A DNA stretch of 64,000 bases from Gonapodya sp. JEL0774 (Eukaryota), in the NCBI GenBank assembly GCA_027604505.1, contig JADIIX010000052.1:1-64000 (forward strand), read 5' to 3'. How positions within the stretch are numbered: position 1 is the first letter of the stretch; every line of letters begins with the position of its first letter. This document shows, in pieces, positions 44,766 to 57,100 of the stretch. The notes below the pieces were generated by a model that did not search any database, was not told where the DNA came from, and was given only the letters and a program-made list of their open reading frames with translations. A program made the translations under genes and the position numbers.

Positions 44766-45512
44766 AATGGAATTTTGGTGCGCGAGTAAGGCGTTGTTTC
44801 ATTGGACATACATTAGAGATTTACTTAAATTGAGATCTTTCTACTACTGAGTCAGCCGAGCCAATTCGCCTTCTGACACCATGTTTTTTTGCAAGAGAAT
44901 AGAATAAATGTGACACATTTTGAAGACAAGCATGAAACCGATCTCCGTCTATCCCGAGATAAAAACCTGCACGCATATTGAGCATTGACAGAGAGAGTTG
45001 TAAAGTCGCGGAAAAGAAGGAAACGACATGGTCCGTTCAGCGCTCTTCGGTCTGTAATTTCAGAGTGTCTCTCCCTACGAAAGGCCACCCATCAAATCTC
45101 ATTCAATATAGCTTTCACTTGGCCCTTTCTGTTTGAACATGGACTGACTGTCGTCCCTGCTAATGCTTCCGCCACAGCTTGGGCTGCGGCATGAAGGGTG
45201 AAAAAGCCTCTGTGCGGAATCCCTCGGATTCACTGAAACACCCGAATCTAAGCACCCCAACTGACAATATCCGAGTGCTTACTGTTTTATTGGACGCTGT
45301 GCGTGGACCACTTATAGTAGTACATAATAATGTATGTACATGTACATAATAAGTGGATGTCCGTTTTTCCAAAGCCCACTCGACCCTTCAGCCCCCTCCG
45401 CAACCTGCCTGGATCCTCAAACGGTGGGGGGCGTACTACACCGCATTCGGTGCATTCCCCACCAATATAAAAACCTTGGGGATTTCGTCCAAGTTACAAG
45501 AAAGAACCAATA

Positions 45513-46925
45513 ATGCCTTCCGGTCGACAAATCCATTCTATTTTAGCGCTGGCGCTCTTCGCTTCCGCCGCTTTCAGCAGCACTGTCTCTGCAAGTACCC
45601 GGCGACAAGCGCGCACTTGCGACACGATATACGCGGCGTTTAAGTCAGGCACGACGATGACCAGCACTGACTACAGTGACTGGAACGCCTGGAAGTGCTC
45701 GACATGGTTCTCTTCGGGGATCGGTGCTCCTGCCACAAGGACCTGTGACACCATTTTCGCAGCGTATAAAGCCGGTACCCAGATGGTGGCTGCGGACTAC
45801 AGTGACTTCAACGCTTGGGGTTGTGCGAAGTGGTTCCCTTCTGGAATCGGATCCGCATCGCCACCTCCTGCAGCACAGCGCACATGCGACACAATTTACG
45901 CAGCCTTCAAGGCTGGAACGCAGATGTCCAACCAAGACTATAGCGATTGGTCTGCTTGGAGCTGTGCAAAGTGGTTTGCTTCCGGCATTGGCTCTCCGTC
46001 GTCTCCTCCGGTTAGTTCCCGAAATCACAAAACACCCGTCGCCGTAACTTACTCCTGCTTTGTACTTTCATTTGCGCATGGATCAGGCTACACCACCACC
46101 TTCTCCTCCCGCGACTGGTGGGTACTCGGTGGTGCCCGGAGGACTGTCAGGTGACGCCAAAACGACTCGCTACTGGGACTGTTGCAAACCCTCCTGTAAG
46201 TAGAGAACACTCTCTTCTATCTCGCCACTAGCTGCTTTTTCTCAGCTGACACAATTTCTGCATTGCTGTTAGGTGGATGGTCTGGTAACACTGGTCTCGG
46301 TGTCGGCTCCCGCATCTGTAGCAAATCCGGAAACACCCTCACCGACAGCAACGTCATGAGCGGTTGCGGTGGAGGTGGATCAACCGGACCTGAGGACGGT
46401 TTCTCATACACGTGCATTGACAACCAGCCGATTGTTATCAACGACCAGCTCGCCTACGCGTTCGCTGCCGCGCCATTCTCGGACATGTCGTCGTGCTGTG
46501 CATGCTATGAGTTGACTGTGAGTACGTGCATAGTTGGGAGTGAGGATGGAACAGTAGCTAAAAACGAAAACCATTTTCTTGTCATTCAGTTCACCAGTGG
46601 TCCCGTCGCTGGCAAGAAGCTCGTCGTACAAAAAGTAAACACTGGCGGAGATCTTGGCTCAAACCAATTCGACCTCCAAATCCCCGGAGGCGGTCTCGGC
46701 ATCTTTGACGGGTGCTCGAAGCAGTTTGGCGTCGACGCCAACACCTGGGGCGCTCGTTACGGGGGTGTCTCTTCTGCCGCTGGATGCGGCGTGCTCCCTC
46801 AGTCCCTCCAGGCTGGCTGTAACTTTAGGTTCGGATGGTTCCAAGGTGCGGACAACCCCTCGGCGACGTTCAAGCAGGTCACGTGCCCTGCGGAACTCAA
46901 GGCCAAGAGTGGCTGCTCGAGGTAG
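45513..46925 (+). CDS. Secreted GH45 endoglucanase with three N-terminal 38-aa Cys/Trp repeats
   Basis: Signal peptide (ILALALFASAAFSSTVSA), TTRYWDCCKPSC at about 46160-46195, CCACYEL, GKKLVVQKVNTGGDLGSNQFDLQIPGGGLGIFDGC, WGARYGG, GCNFRFGWFQGADNP, CPAELKAKSGCSR*. Confidence 0.95.
45612..45992 (+). repeat. Three in-frame 114-bp (38-aa) repeats in the GH45 gene
   Basis: 45612-45725, 45738-45851 and 45879-45992; consensus RTCDTIyAAfKaGTqM...DYSDwnAW.CakWF.SGIG. Confidence 0.93.
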
Positions 46926-49172
46926 TTGAGTCTATTACGGAAATGATACATACAGGCCATATGCGGATGTCGGTGTCTGTCGCTGGTCGACTGACAGAAA
47001 GAAGTGTAAGCAAACATAACTTATGAAAACAAGTACACAACTACGAAGTATTCGTGTTTATCAACGAAGGGGGGAAAACAAATCGAGAGCTAAGAAGAAG
47101 ACTGCGCGTGTCAAGAGAATAATATTTATTCACATTTTGCGCACGGGACAACACAGAAGGGTTTTATAACCCATTTACCAAAGGGCAGGAAGTTTCTGCA
47201 GCTCAGTGCCAGTGTGTGGTACTCTTTCATCAAACATGAAAACCATTTGCCAATGAGAGGTAACAAAAAAATCCACCACAATATCACATCATACTTTGAG
47301 CCCGCCTCTTGGCCAGCAACGCAAGGCGTGACGTCGTTGTTTACCAGAGGGCACCACGTGGAGGTGTGCGGGAAGCGCTCTCCGCAGAATCTTACCTTAA
47401 TTAGGTGCAATTGCTTGAATAGTGTGGTTCGCATACTCGGAACTTGGTCCATGAGCAAACGAGCGCGTAAAAAGGACCGTTCCGGGTCTTAATTTCAATT
47501 ACTTTATCTTATCAGACGTAGGTGGACTTGGCCAAAACGCGCTCCAGTTTCAACACCAGGCACCAAACACACCACTTCGATCAAGACCAAATAGTTCAAG
47601 AAACTCACCTCCATCTTGTATCCTCAGAACGAGAGACTGATCGGGGCAGTGCGTAAGAAGTGGGAGCAATCAACGTGTAATGTCCTCAGGCGTTATTCTG
47701 TCTTTGGAATGACGTCAACATAGATCACAAATTGAATACCTTGACAGAGTGTGACGGAGGAACTGTGGACACAGTGAATGGGAAAATAAAGATGAAAATA
47801 GTCGACGCATCACGGGGGATGAGTGCGATGCATTTGGGAGTGCCCGTTGAGACAGTGTTCTTCACTGGTCCCAATGGGACTCCCCTTCCCAAACCCCATT
47901 TCTGCTCCTAATCCAACCCTCCTCCGCGCTTCGTCTTCCCACATCCCCTCCCCTCCTTTCCTGTATGCAATTTCCACACGCGAGTAGCTGAACGCCGCAC
48001 GACCATAACTGCGCAAATCCCACTGAAGGAATCGCTCCCCTCTGAAAGGTAGGATTGCTTGATGACGATGCCGAAAACCAAACATGATGAGGATGCGAAA
48101 GAGTACGCTTTTGCTCTGGCCCGGACAATATATCTCCCATTCTCAGGATTGATCCAAACAGTGAAGTTGATGGAGATCACGGGATCTGCGAACCGCATCG
48201 ATTGCAGTAGTATGCGCTAACGAATGGGAAACTGTTCAAGCGTCCAACCCAATGAACACTGAAGGAGAGATCGAAAACCTCTATTGAGTATTTCCTGTGC
48301 TCGGTTTACAGCTAGAGACCCGCTTCGAGAACCCCAAGAATAGATTCGTCGGCTTTCAATGAATATAGGTCATTCTGATGGCTTCAACTCACAATTGTAA
48401 TGAAGAGGCATTGGAATCTGATGTGAGTTGGAAAGAAGACAAACTGCGCTCACTTGATGGTTGTGCAATTGGAGTTTCACTGATGCCTCTCTGTAATGAG
48501 TTGTCCACCGAAAACACGGTACGAGACAGATGCTCTTCCTTTCCTCCCCACTCGATCCTCTTTTGGGCGACATGTTTGCACGTAGAAAACGAGCCTTTGA
48601 ATGTAAATGATGACACGATATGAAACACGCTGACAGAGAAATCTGAAATATCAAAAACCTTGCGTTTGTGAAGGATGGTAACTCTCTCTGCCTGACCACT
48701 AAACCGCTGTTCTTTCGCAACTCCCACCATGAGAATTTGCCCCGTTTGCTTTGGCGAGTGCGAAGTCCGGATAAGCAGTGAGTATCGAATACGCCAAAAT
48801 CAAAGGGAAGAGAGGAGACTAGGGGTCTTGAGAAATCCGTGGTGCGGGAGAGTTCAGAGAGCCATTGTGGGAAGTGGACGTATTCCGAAGACTTGGGAGG
48901 GTGCAGTCAGGAGCAGCAGTCGTGACAGTGTAGTGGCGTTCTGTTGATGGTTTTGGCGGCCATTTGCACAGGATCGTGCGGCGAGGACTACCATGCTCCT
49001 CCGGATACGTATGCTTCCCAATGCTGCAGCAGCTTCGCGCTGCTGTCACGTTGGCGGAGGAACGTAACCCCAAGTCAGGTGGGAAAGGGGAAAATATGGA
49101 CTGTGCCAGTGCACACTGGCATAACCGCTCAGCTCTGGTCTTCGCATTCCCTGCCTCATACATGGAACACGA

Positions 49173-52100
49173 ATGCGACGATTACATGCGCCATCGGCCC
49201 AGCACACAAATGATTCAAGTGGGAACAATAAATCGAGTCAGCCTCATTCGATAAAGAGGAAGTTCGTCTCTCCCTTTGTCCATCCTCCTCAACCGAATCC
49301 TTCCAGTACCGCACATTCACCGCAATCTCGGACCAGCTCGAGCCAAGCCTGCCAACAACGTCAAGAAACATCAAACACGCCCTGGAGTGTACCGGGTGAC
49401 GGTGCTCCTGTCGATACCGCGACAGACACGGAGAATCGTGACCCTCAACTAGGCGATTCCGCTGGGAAGACGAACTCACCAGCCATTTCATCACGAAAGC
49501 CCATTCGAGTCGCACTCGGTCCAAGTAAAACTCTTGGGAACGCGGTCGTACGGAGTGTGAACGGCGCAAGGGATTTGACGACGAATGGGTGGTCAGCCGA
49601 CGGGAAAGCGAAACAAGCCTTCAGCGGCGCGGACTCCATCGCATTTGAGGAAAAGTTCTTCTCTTGCGTTTTCAGAAAAGTCACCAGCAAAAAGGTGTGT
49701 TGGGATACTGTAACAGTTGTGGTCAGGGAACCATGTTTGGGGTATGCACTTTGCGGGTCCAAGCATGTCCACGAGTGATTGAAGGGGCGGTCCAGTTGAA
49801 CTCCTTCTGCGAATCTCTGTGGTTGGACGAGAATTCGTTGTTGGGACCAGTGGTGATTCTCCCTCCCCTCCCGACATTCTTGCCACCCTGCGCTGCCATA
49901 TCCCTTCACCAACGAAGCACAAGACCTGGGAAGGTGATGGATTTATTTTGATCAAGGGACGCTCAAATTGCGTGCTGATGGATGGGGAAGGGAAAGAGTG
50001 AGTACGAGCGGGGCGTGATTGCATTGGATGCTTTTGAGATTGGCTACGGGTCTGCGAATGATCAGTTGGCTGAGTATAATGGCAGCTACGACAATATGCT
50101 TTCTTGGGACTACCTTCAACTAGTACTCATCGATCGCTCTGTTTTCACCCATCAATTATGCACCACAAAACGAATCCAACCCCACCACTACACGTACTGG
50201 TATGTATCAGACTGGGCAAATCTACCACGATCAACCTCGATGGGGTCAAAGAGGGCGAGACGATGATTGTGGGTGGGAAGGAGATTGAGGTTGGTTTCTT
50301 TCTGTTTTAGGCCTTGGGTGGAAGATCTATTGGAAGAGAGAGAACCAGAATGGAAGGGCCGTACAGGAGGAATCCTTTCGTCGTGCCTTGGAGCAACACA
50401 TCGCCATCTCCATACCCGTGATCACACCACTATTCTCACCTTCATCCCACCTAGATTGGGCCAACCGTCCCCGCTTCTCGTTATCACACCGGTGCGGCAT
50501 TCCTCCGTGAGGGGACATTGGAAGAACGTGTGGCAGCGGTCTCATCATCGGCAAGACTTGCTGGTGGAGGTGGGAAATTCAAGACTCCGGTTGTTGGTGG
50601 AGCACATCACAAGGAGGATGGGATCTTGGCACAGAAGGAGAGGATGGGTGGGTGTCGGTGATCAAAGAGATAGACTCCGCCATGTCACCCAAAGCTGCAA
50701 TGGCGACCATCATCCCCCTGTAACCCCATCAACTCCTCAGCCCCGCGACCACGACACAATCCCGACGCGGAGAATGCGCTCGTAATGCTGCGGTAGGTTC
50801 AAGAATGCAAGACGAATCCATGGATACCTACTCTCCAGGTTCTCACCAACTCAATTGTCGCAAATCTGCACCATTTTATCCCTTATCGCACTTCTGCCTT
50901 GAGTCCCTCTTCCGCGCACGCTCTTCTCCATAATCCCCGCCACCTCCCTGTTGTCGCCGTTGTAATTGATCCTGTGCTTTCAACCCATCTGCGGCCTCAC
51001 CAACGAGAAGGAGTCAAGTTTCTGTACGAGTGCGTTGCTGGCCTGAGGGATTTTGACGGCCGTGGGGCTATTTTGGCGGATGAGGTGAGTTGGAGACGTG
51101 GAAAGATGATATCAATTGCCAAGTGGGACCAGCCGATCGATTCGAACCTCTCGCACGTATTATAGATGGGTCTCGGAAAAACGATTCAAGCCATTACGCT
51201 CATCTGGACCGTTCTTAAACAGAGTCCATACTATGGCGAGGGGGGGCTGTGTAAGAGGGGTGAGTTGCGAGAGAGGCTGAAAGAACGCTCGTTTGTTGAA
51301 AAGGTGTACCGTCTCGGACTTAACCCCTACATACTTCAGCACTCGTCGTGTGTCCGGCGAGTTTGGTTCAGGTAAGTTATTGCGATAACAGTCGATTTTG
51401 TGGAATCACATGTATCCGCATGTTAATTTCTTTTCCATTGACCGGGGCCTGAACTTTTGTCACGTGAGAACTGGCACAAAGAGTTTAAGAAGTGGCTCGG
51501 GGACGAGCGAATTCGAGGTGCGCTATATTCGAAGTATTGTCACCATTGACTTTCCAGGCAAGCACACCGAGGCTATCACACAAACTCCTAGTTTTTGCCG
51601 TTGACGCTAAATCGGCTCTCCGTGACTTCTTGGTCGGCAAAGTGTATCAAGTGATGGTCGTAGGCTACGAGAGGCTCAGGTTGATCGCGGACGAATTGGG
51701 CGAGGGAGTCTTTGATTTGATAGTTTGCGTAAGCGCCGGATGCTTGATCGCGATGATGCGGGTTCACAAGAATGATTTGTTGACTCATTTGACAAGGACG
51801 AGGGGCACCGACTCAAAAACCAGCAGATCAAGATTACTGCCACTCTCAACGCGTTGAAAGTTGAGAGGAGAGTGATTCTGTCGGGAACGCCTATTCAGGT
51901 ACCGTTGTGTGCTTCTGTTCCGTGTGGTTTCCAAACATAATATCTGCGTCACTTGTTATCCACAAGAACGATTTAGGGGAATGTGAGTGAAGAGGTGTAT
52001 CTGTAAAGAAACATGTTCTCATTTCGCAGCGACATAGTCTTCGCTATGGTCGATTGGGTCAACCCCGGAGTGCTTGGCGCTCCGAACACGTTCAAAAAGT

Positions 52101-54017
52101 TGTTCGAAGACCCGATATTGTCCGGACGACGTAAAGAAGCCACCAGAGCAGAGAGATTGTTGGGAGAAAGAAGGGGCGAGGAAGTGAGGCGTCGTTTGGA
52201 TACCTTTTGGAATGTGCAGGAGGGAACTGACAAATTTGTCTCCAAATAACCCTGACTGTAGCTCTCCCGCTTAACCTCCATGTTTATACTCCGCCGAACA
52301 GGTGAAATAAATCGCCAGTATCTCCCTCCCAAGACGGAGCTAGTCCTGTTCTGCAAGCCGTCCACCCTCCAGCGGGAAATGTACACGTGTTTGCTCGCGT
52401 CCTCGGCTTTGAGGGCTACACTTGAGGGACAGGCGGCGAATCATCTGAGATGTATCGCTGCTCTGAAGCAGCTGTGCAATGTACCCGAGATATTGTTCAG
52501 GAGGACTGGCGAAGTGGGTCGAAACGTGGACCTGTTGTCTTGATTGTGTTGTTTTTTACAGAGGGCCACTCTTAGGCGGTTTCGGAACATAACGAACTGT
52601 TTGAAGAATTGCAAGAGTTCTTGCCCGACATTTCGAAATCATCTTTGGAGGTTGACGTGTCCCAAAGTGGTGGGTTTAAAACCGGTCGAATTGTTGAACT
52701 CCCTCCACAAAGTTTTGTATTGGCGTCATCAGGTAAGCTTCAAGTTCTGGTGCCCTTTCTCGGTGCTGTTCGTGACGCCGGAGAGAAGGTGGTACTGGTG
52801 TCGAACTCAACCAAGATGCTTGATGTCCTCGAGAAAGTGTGTCTGGCGCACGATTTCAAGTTCCTAAGGCTCGACGGGTGAGTTGCATTTGCACAACCCC
52901 ATAATGATTTATAATTCTCCCAATTGCGCTTCCATTTCAGGACGACACTTGCATCGAAGAGGCATTCACTCGTGGAGGTGGGTCGCTGTACTTGTAAGGC
53001 TGATTCTGAGATTTTGACGGTTTGGAGACAGAGATTTAACTCCACGTTCAATGAAGCCTGTGAGATAACGCTCTCCATTTAAGCTGAGGGTTTGGCGAGC
53101 TTTACTCATGAGTTTCATAGTTGTTTTCTTGTTGTCAAGCAAGAGCGGTGGAACCGGACTGAACCTCATGTTTGTATTTGGGTACGATCATCGCAGTAGC
53201 AAGGGACTAATGTCGCTGTCTTAAAGAGGTGGCTCGAGGCTGGTTCTTTGTGACTGCGACTGGAATCCGGCAACGGATCTACAAGCAATGGCTAGAGTGT
53301 GGCGGGACGGTCAGAAGAAGCATGTTTTCATATATCGATTATTGACGACGGGTGGGTGATGGTGAGTGTCTCCACGAAGTCGGTTCTTAAAATGAATCCG
53401 CCTTCCAATAGGCACCATTGAGGAGAAGATATATCAGGTAATCTCAGGACAAAAATTTTCGGATTTGCTGGATCTAATGAAATTGCAATCGATCAAACAG
53501 CGACAGATTATGAAACAGCAACTTAGCGGTGCTATGATGGTGAGCGTAAACTTGGTGTACTATTTCATCAATATTCATTCGTTTCTTCCTATCTTTTCTC
53601 AAGGATGAAGTCGAAGACACATCGCCCAAGTTCTCGACCGACGAACTCCGTGATTTGTTCACCCTTCATTCTGATACCGACTGCCAAACGCACGATTTGC
53701 TCGAATGTCAATGTTTGGCCGTGAGTATGACGGATTGGTATCACATTTCTCCTTCTCGCACCTGAAACTCAAGTCAACAAATTTAGGGCGAGGAACATGG
53801 AGCCGACGGAGAAGATTCTGGGTCCCTGATACCTGCAGCGAAGAGGCGGAAGGTGGTTCCGAGCGAAGAACCTTCCAAATCGTTGAGAGAACTGAGGGAA
53901 TGGTTGCACGTCAGCGGTCCCAACGTGAGCCGGAAGGTTCAAGACGACATCCTTTCTGCAAGTCTAGAAATGACCGGAGACGTAGTTTCATTTGCGTTCA
54001 CACGTTCCTCTTATTAA
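49173..54017 (+). CDS. RAD54B: RAD54B/Rdh54-like SNF2-family DNA translocase (many short exons)
   Basis: MRRLHAPS start, [152 protein letters not shown]. Confidence 0.92.
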
Positions 54018-54120
54018 CGATAATTAATGATGAGTCTGTGCATAGATTACAGTTGGTAAAATTCAACCCTCGGCACATTCACGTACCGATCATTCAATTG
54101 ATTCACACGATTGACGGCCG

Positions 54121-57100
54121 ATGCCGGTCGAAAACTGCGACACAGTGACGAGATTACACTCTAAAAATGTGTCAGTACCATCTTCGACAGCAGAAACGCT
54201 CTTGTTGAGCCAGCAGACGGAGGAGTGGACTTTGAGCATGCAGCGGGACGTGCTCACGGATAGAATTGCCACCGATGGGAATCCAAAGTCGCTTCTATAC
54301 GTTGTTCATGAAGCCGCGCGGCTAGTTGGTGGTTCAAAAGTGCGTGTTTCTAGTGGAGGTCTCGTATTATCCCGATTCTCAGCTTCGCCGTCTGCGACAT
54401 TTTGCTGTTCGATCCCATTGGATAATCTCCCCAAGATCCCTACGTCCTGTGCTATACGAATTTCACCGTCGGGTGGCGTGTCCATTCTTCTAGAAAATCA
54501 GATCCACCTTCTGGGGGAGGATTGCTCGAAGCACATAGCTTCGATTACACTGGGTGTGTCCTGGGTGAAAGCGTTCTGAGGATTTCCACTAAATCTATAT
54601 GCAACTAGCATCTCCTCCTGATGTTGCCAATTTTTCCGGTTCTGGCCGCTTCCTCGCTTGTGCTGATAAGTCCGGCGCCCTCCACTTCATTCACCATGAG
54701 TCGGGCACCGTGGTCTTCTCTCAGAGGGTCATAACTGAGGATCACGCCGAGCGACTTATGATTGGACCCACCGGAAATGTGTTTGATTGGATCGGTTTCG
54801 CAGCAATGGAAAAGTGCGTATAAGCGTCGCGAGAATTGATGATCGTGATTGGAGGGTAAGGACTCCCAGTGATGTTCTTTCTTTTGAAAGAACTAGGCAC
54901 TGGGACCAAAAGATGATACCTCAATATCGTGATTGGAGGGCAAGGACTCCCAGCGATGTTCTTTGTTTTGAAAGAACTAGGCACTGGGACCAAAAGATGA
55001 TACCTCAATATCGTGATTGGAGGGCAAGGACTCCCAGTGATGTTCCTTGTTTTGAAAGAACTAGACACTGGGACGAAAAGCTCTTGAAGGCGACGGCCCT
55101 CCATTACTTCTTGGAGCTGCTCGTAGTCTGATTTTGCTCCAGACAGGTGTATATAATCTAACTTACCGTTGTTGATAGGACCACTGCTGAGGAACTTATA
55201 GTGATCACCGCTGATAGTGTGATTCGGCGGTTCTCCAATATTGATTTCTCTGCACTCGAAGCCGCTTTGGCAGGTGGTGACATGGAGGGAGCAAAACATG
55301 TAATTTGTCACATACATCTTTCAATGCTTGTGTGTTATTCTAACCGTATGCCCTGATGGACATTCGCTCTGCCAGCTGAAGCGTTCAATCACTCTCGAAA
55401 TTGTACCACAATCTCACCACTTGTGGCATTCTTCGGCTCTGACCGTATCCACTCCCAAAGATTTGAGTTTGATCCTGACTGGGACAGGGGATTATGTCCT
55501 TTCAAACTCCAAGCTTACCCACCCTCCGTTAATCACCAAAGGGATTGAGAGAGAGGCTCTTGGCTGCCGAATTTCGAAAGTCCAGCACGCAATGGAAGGG
55601 TGGGGTCGTTGTTTTATCTTAACGGACGACGGTGACATCGCTGTCGCAGACCCACAAACGTGAGTGACGCTTGAAGCACCCGAGATCCTTGAGGCAACTG
55701 AGCAGATTCAATTTTTTGCCACTAGTTTGGAAATTTATAAATTCATTTCTTTCACGGTTCCGGTCTCAGACTTCAGGATCACATCAGACGATCGAATCGT
55801 GGCCTTGACAATTCCTATCCCTGCTGTCGACTACGCACGACGGTTGCTTGTCTTTCATGTCACAGCAGGTCGTCTTGAATCTGACTTCGAGGTTTCGGAA
55901 CACACTTGGTTGGCTCAGACAGACCACCGAACTACTTCGGATCATATTCCATATGTGGAAGCGGACGGTACATTGGATGCTCCTGCTTTGGCTCTCAGAA
56001 GTATCTCTCAATCAAGTCCCTCCGCGAGGATCGCGGCTCTCGTACAAAATTGCCGTTTTGAGGAAGCACGCGATATTGCTTCGAAATTCGGATTCGACGA
56101 AAAGGAAGTGTTGCGGTCTAAACTCGAGAATGTCCTCGAGAATATGGTCGCGGACCCTTCCGAAGAGAATTTGATTGCGTACAATGCTCCACTACTGATT
56201 GCGGATCTCAGTGCACTTGGTGACCAGCAGCTCACTGTTGCATTTGCACTTAAGGCTCTTCTGACGACAGAGGATGGAATCTTTCAGCTGCTTTCATATG
56301 CCCGAGAGGTAATAGCAGCTGCTCAATTGGAGCAGGATATTGGGAAGGTTGGCGCGGAAGATCTACATGATATTGGAGCGGCAATGCGGCTCCTGGGGAC
56401 TCTCAATCTAATTTCCGACAATCCCTTCACCGTCGAAAATTGGAGGCTTTGTAGGGACGCAGATCTCCGAAGTTTGCTATTAGAATGTGCAGAGAGTGGT
56501 AATTTTGAACAGGTGGTGATTATTTGGAGACGACACCACACTGGTGAGTTTTCGATCTCTTCAGTAAACTCTTTATCAATCGAGATTTCATGACCTTACT
56601 TTACAGAGCAGGATTTGTTAACCGGTGTATGTGAGATATTGGTGGCGTTACCTGAGACAGTTCACTACGGTCATTTAAACGCATGGTTGAGAGATGAAGT
56701 TCTCCCCTTACTTGAAGACATCGAAGAAAGGTGTGAATGAACTACAAGGAAACTGGATAGACTTTCAAAAGCCTGGTCTTCTGATTTTCTTCGCGAACCT
56801 GCAGGTATCGAGTGAACAGTTGGCTCGCCCACCGTGCACGAATTGTGGAAGAACTCGAACGACGTCCACATGGGGCACTCGAAACTATCAAACTAGTGGA
56901 CGTCAACTGCTCGAAGAACGTTGAATTACAGGGTCCGGCCACGCCATTTGGTTTCATAAGTGGTAGCATCCGGGCTGCGAAAATGACTGAGTGGGACGCT
57001 CTGGCTGGGATGGATCATGAGAGGTAAGTCAATGCAATTTCCATAAGTCATTTCCATGATAGGGAAGCGTACTTGATGCTTTGTGTGTCTTCTACACACG

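Noticed and set aside
47100..48730. Scattered minus-strand ORFs between GH45 and RAD54B
   Set aside because: Possibly a multi-exon gene, but I could not assemble a consistent frame or recognise a family.
54842..55080. CRISPR-like array
   Set aside because: Whole units repeat with no unique spacers, the context is a eukaryotic intron, and no cas genes are present.
54742..55317. Repeat-containing ORFs on both strands (54787-55131 +, 54742-55317 -)
   Set aside because: They are by-products of an 84-bp (28-codon) stop-free unit. The KNTC1 frame splices cleanly across 54814-55178 (GAA AA|G ACC).
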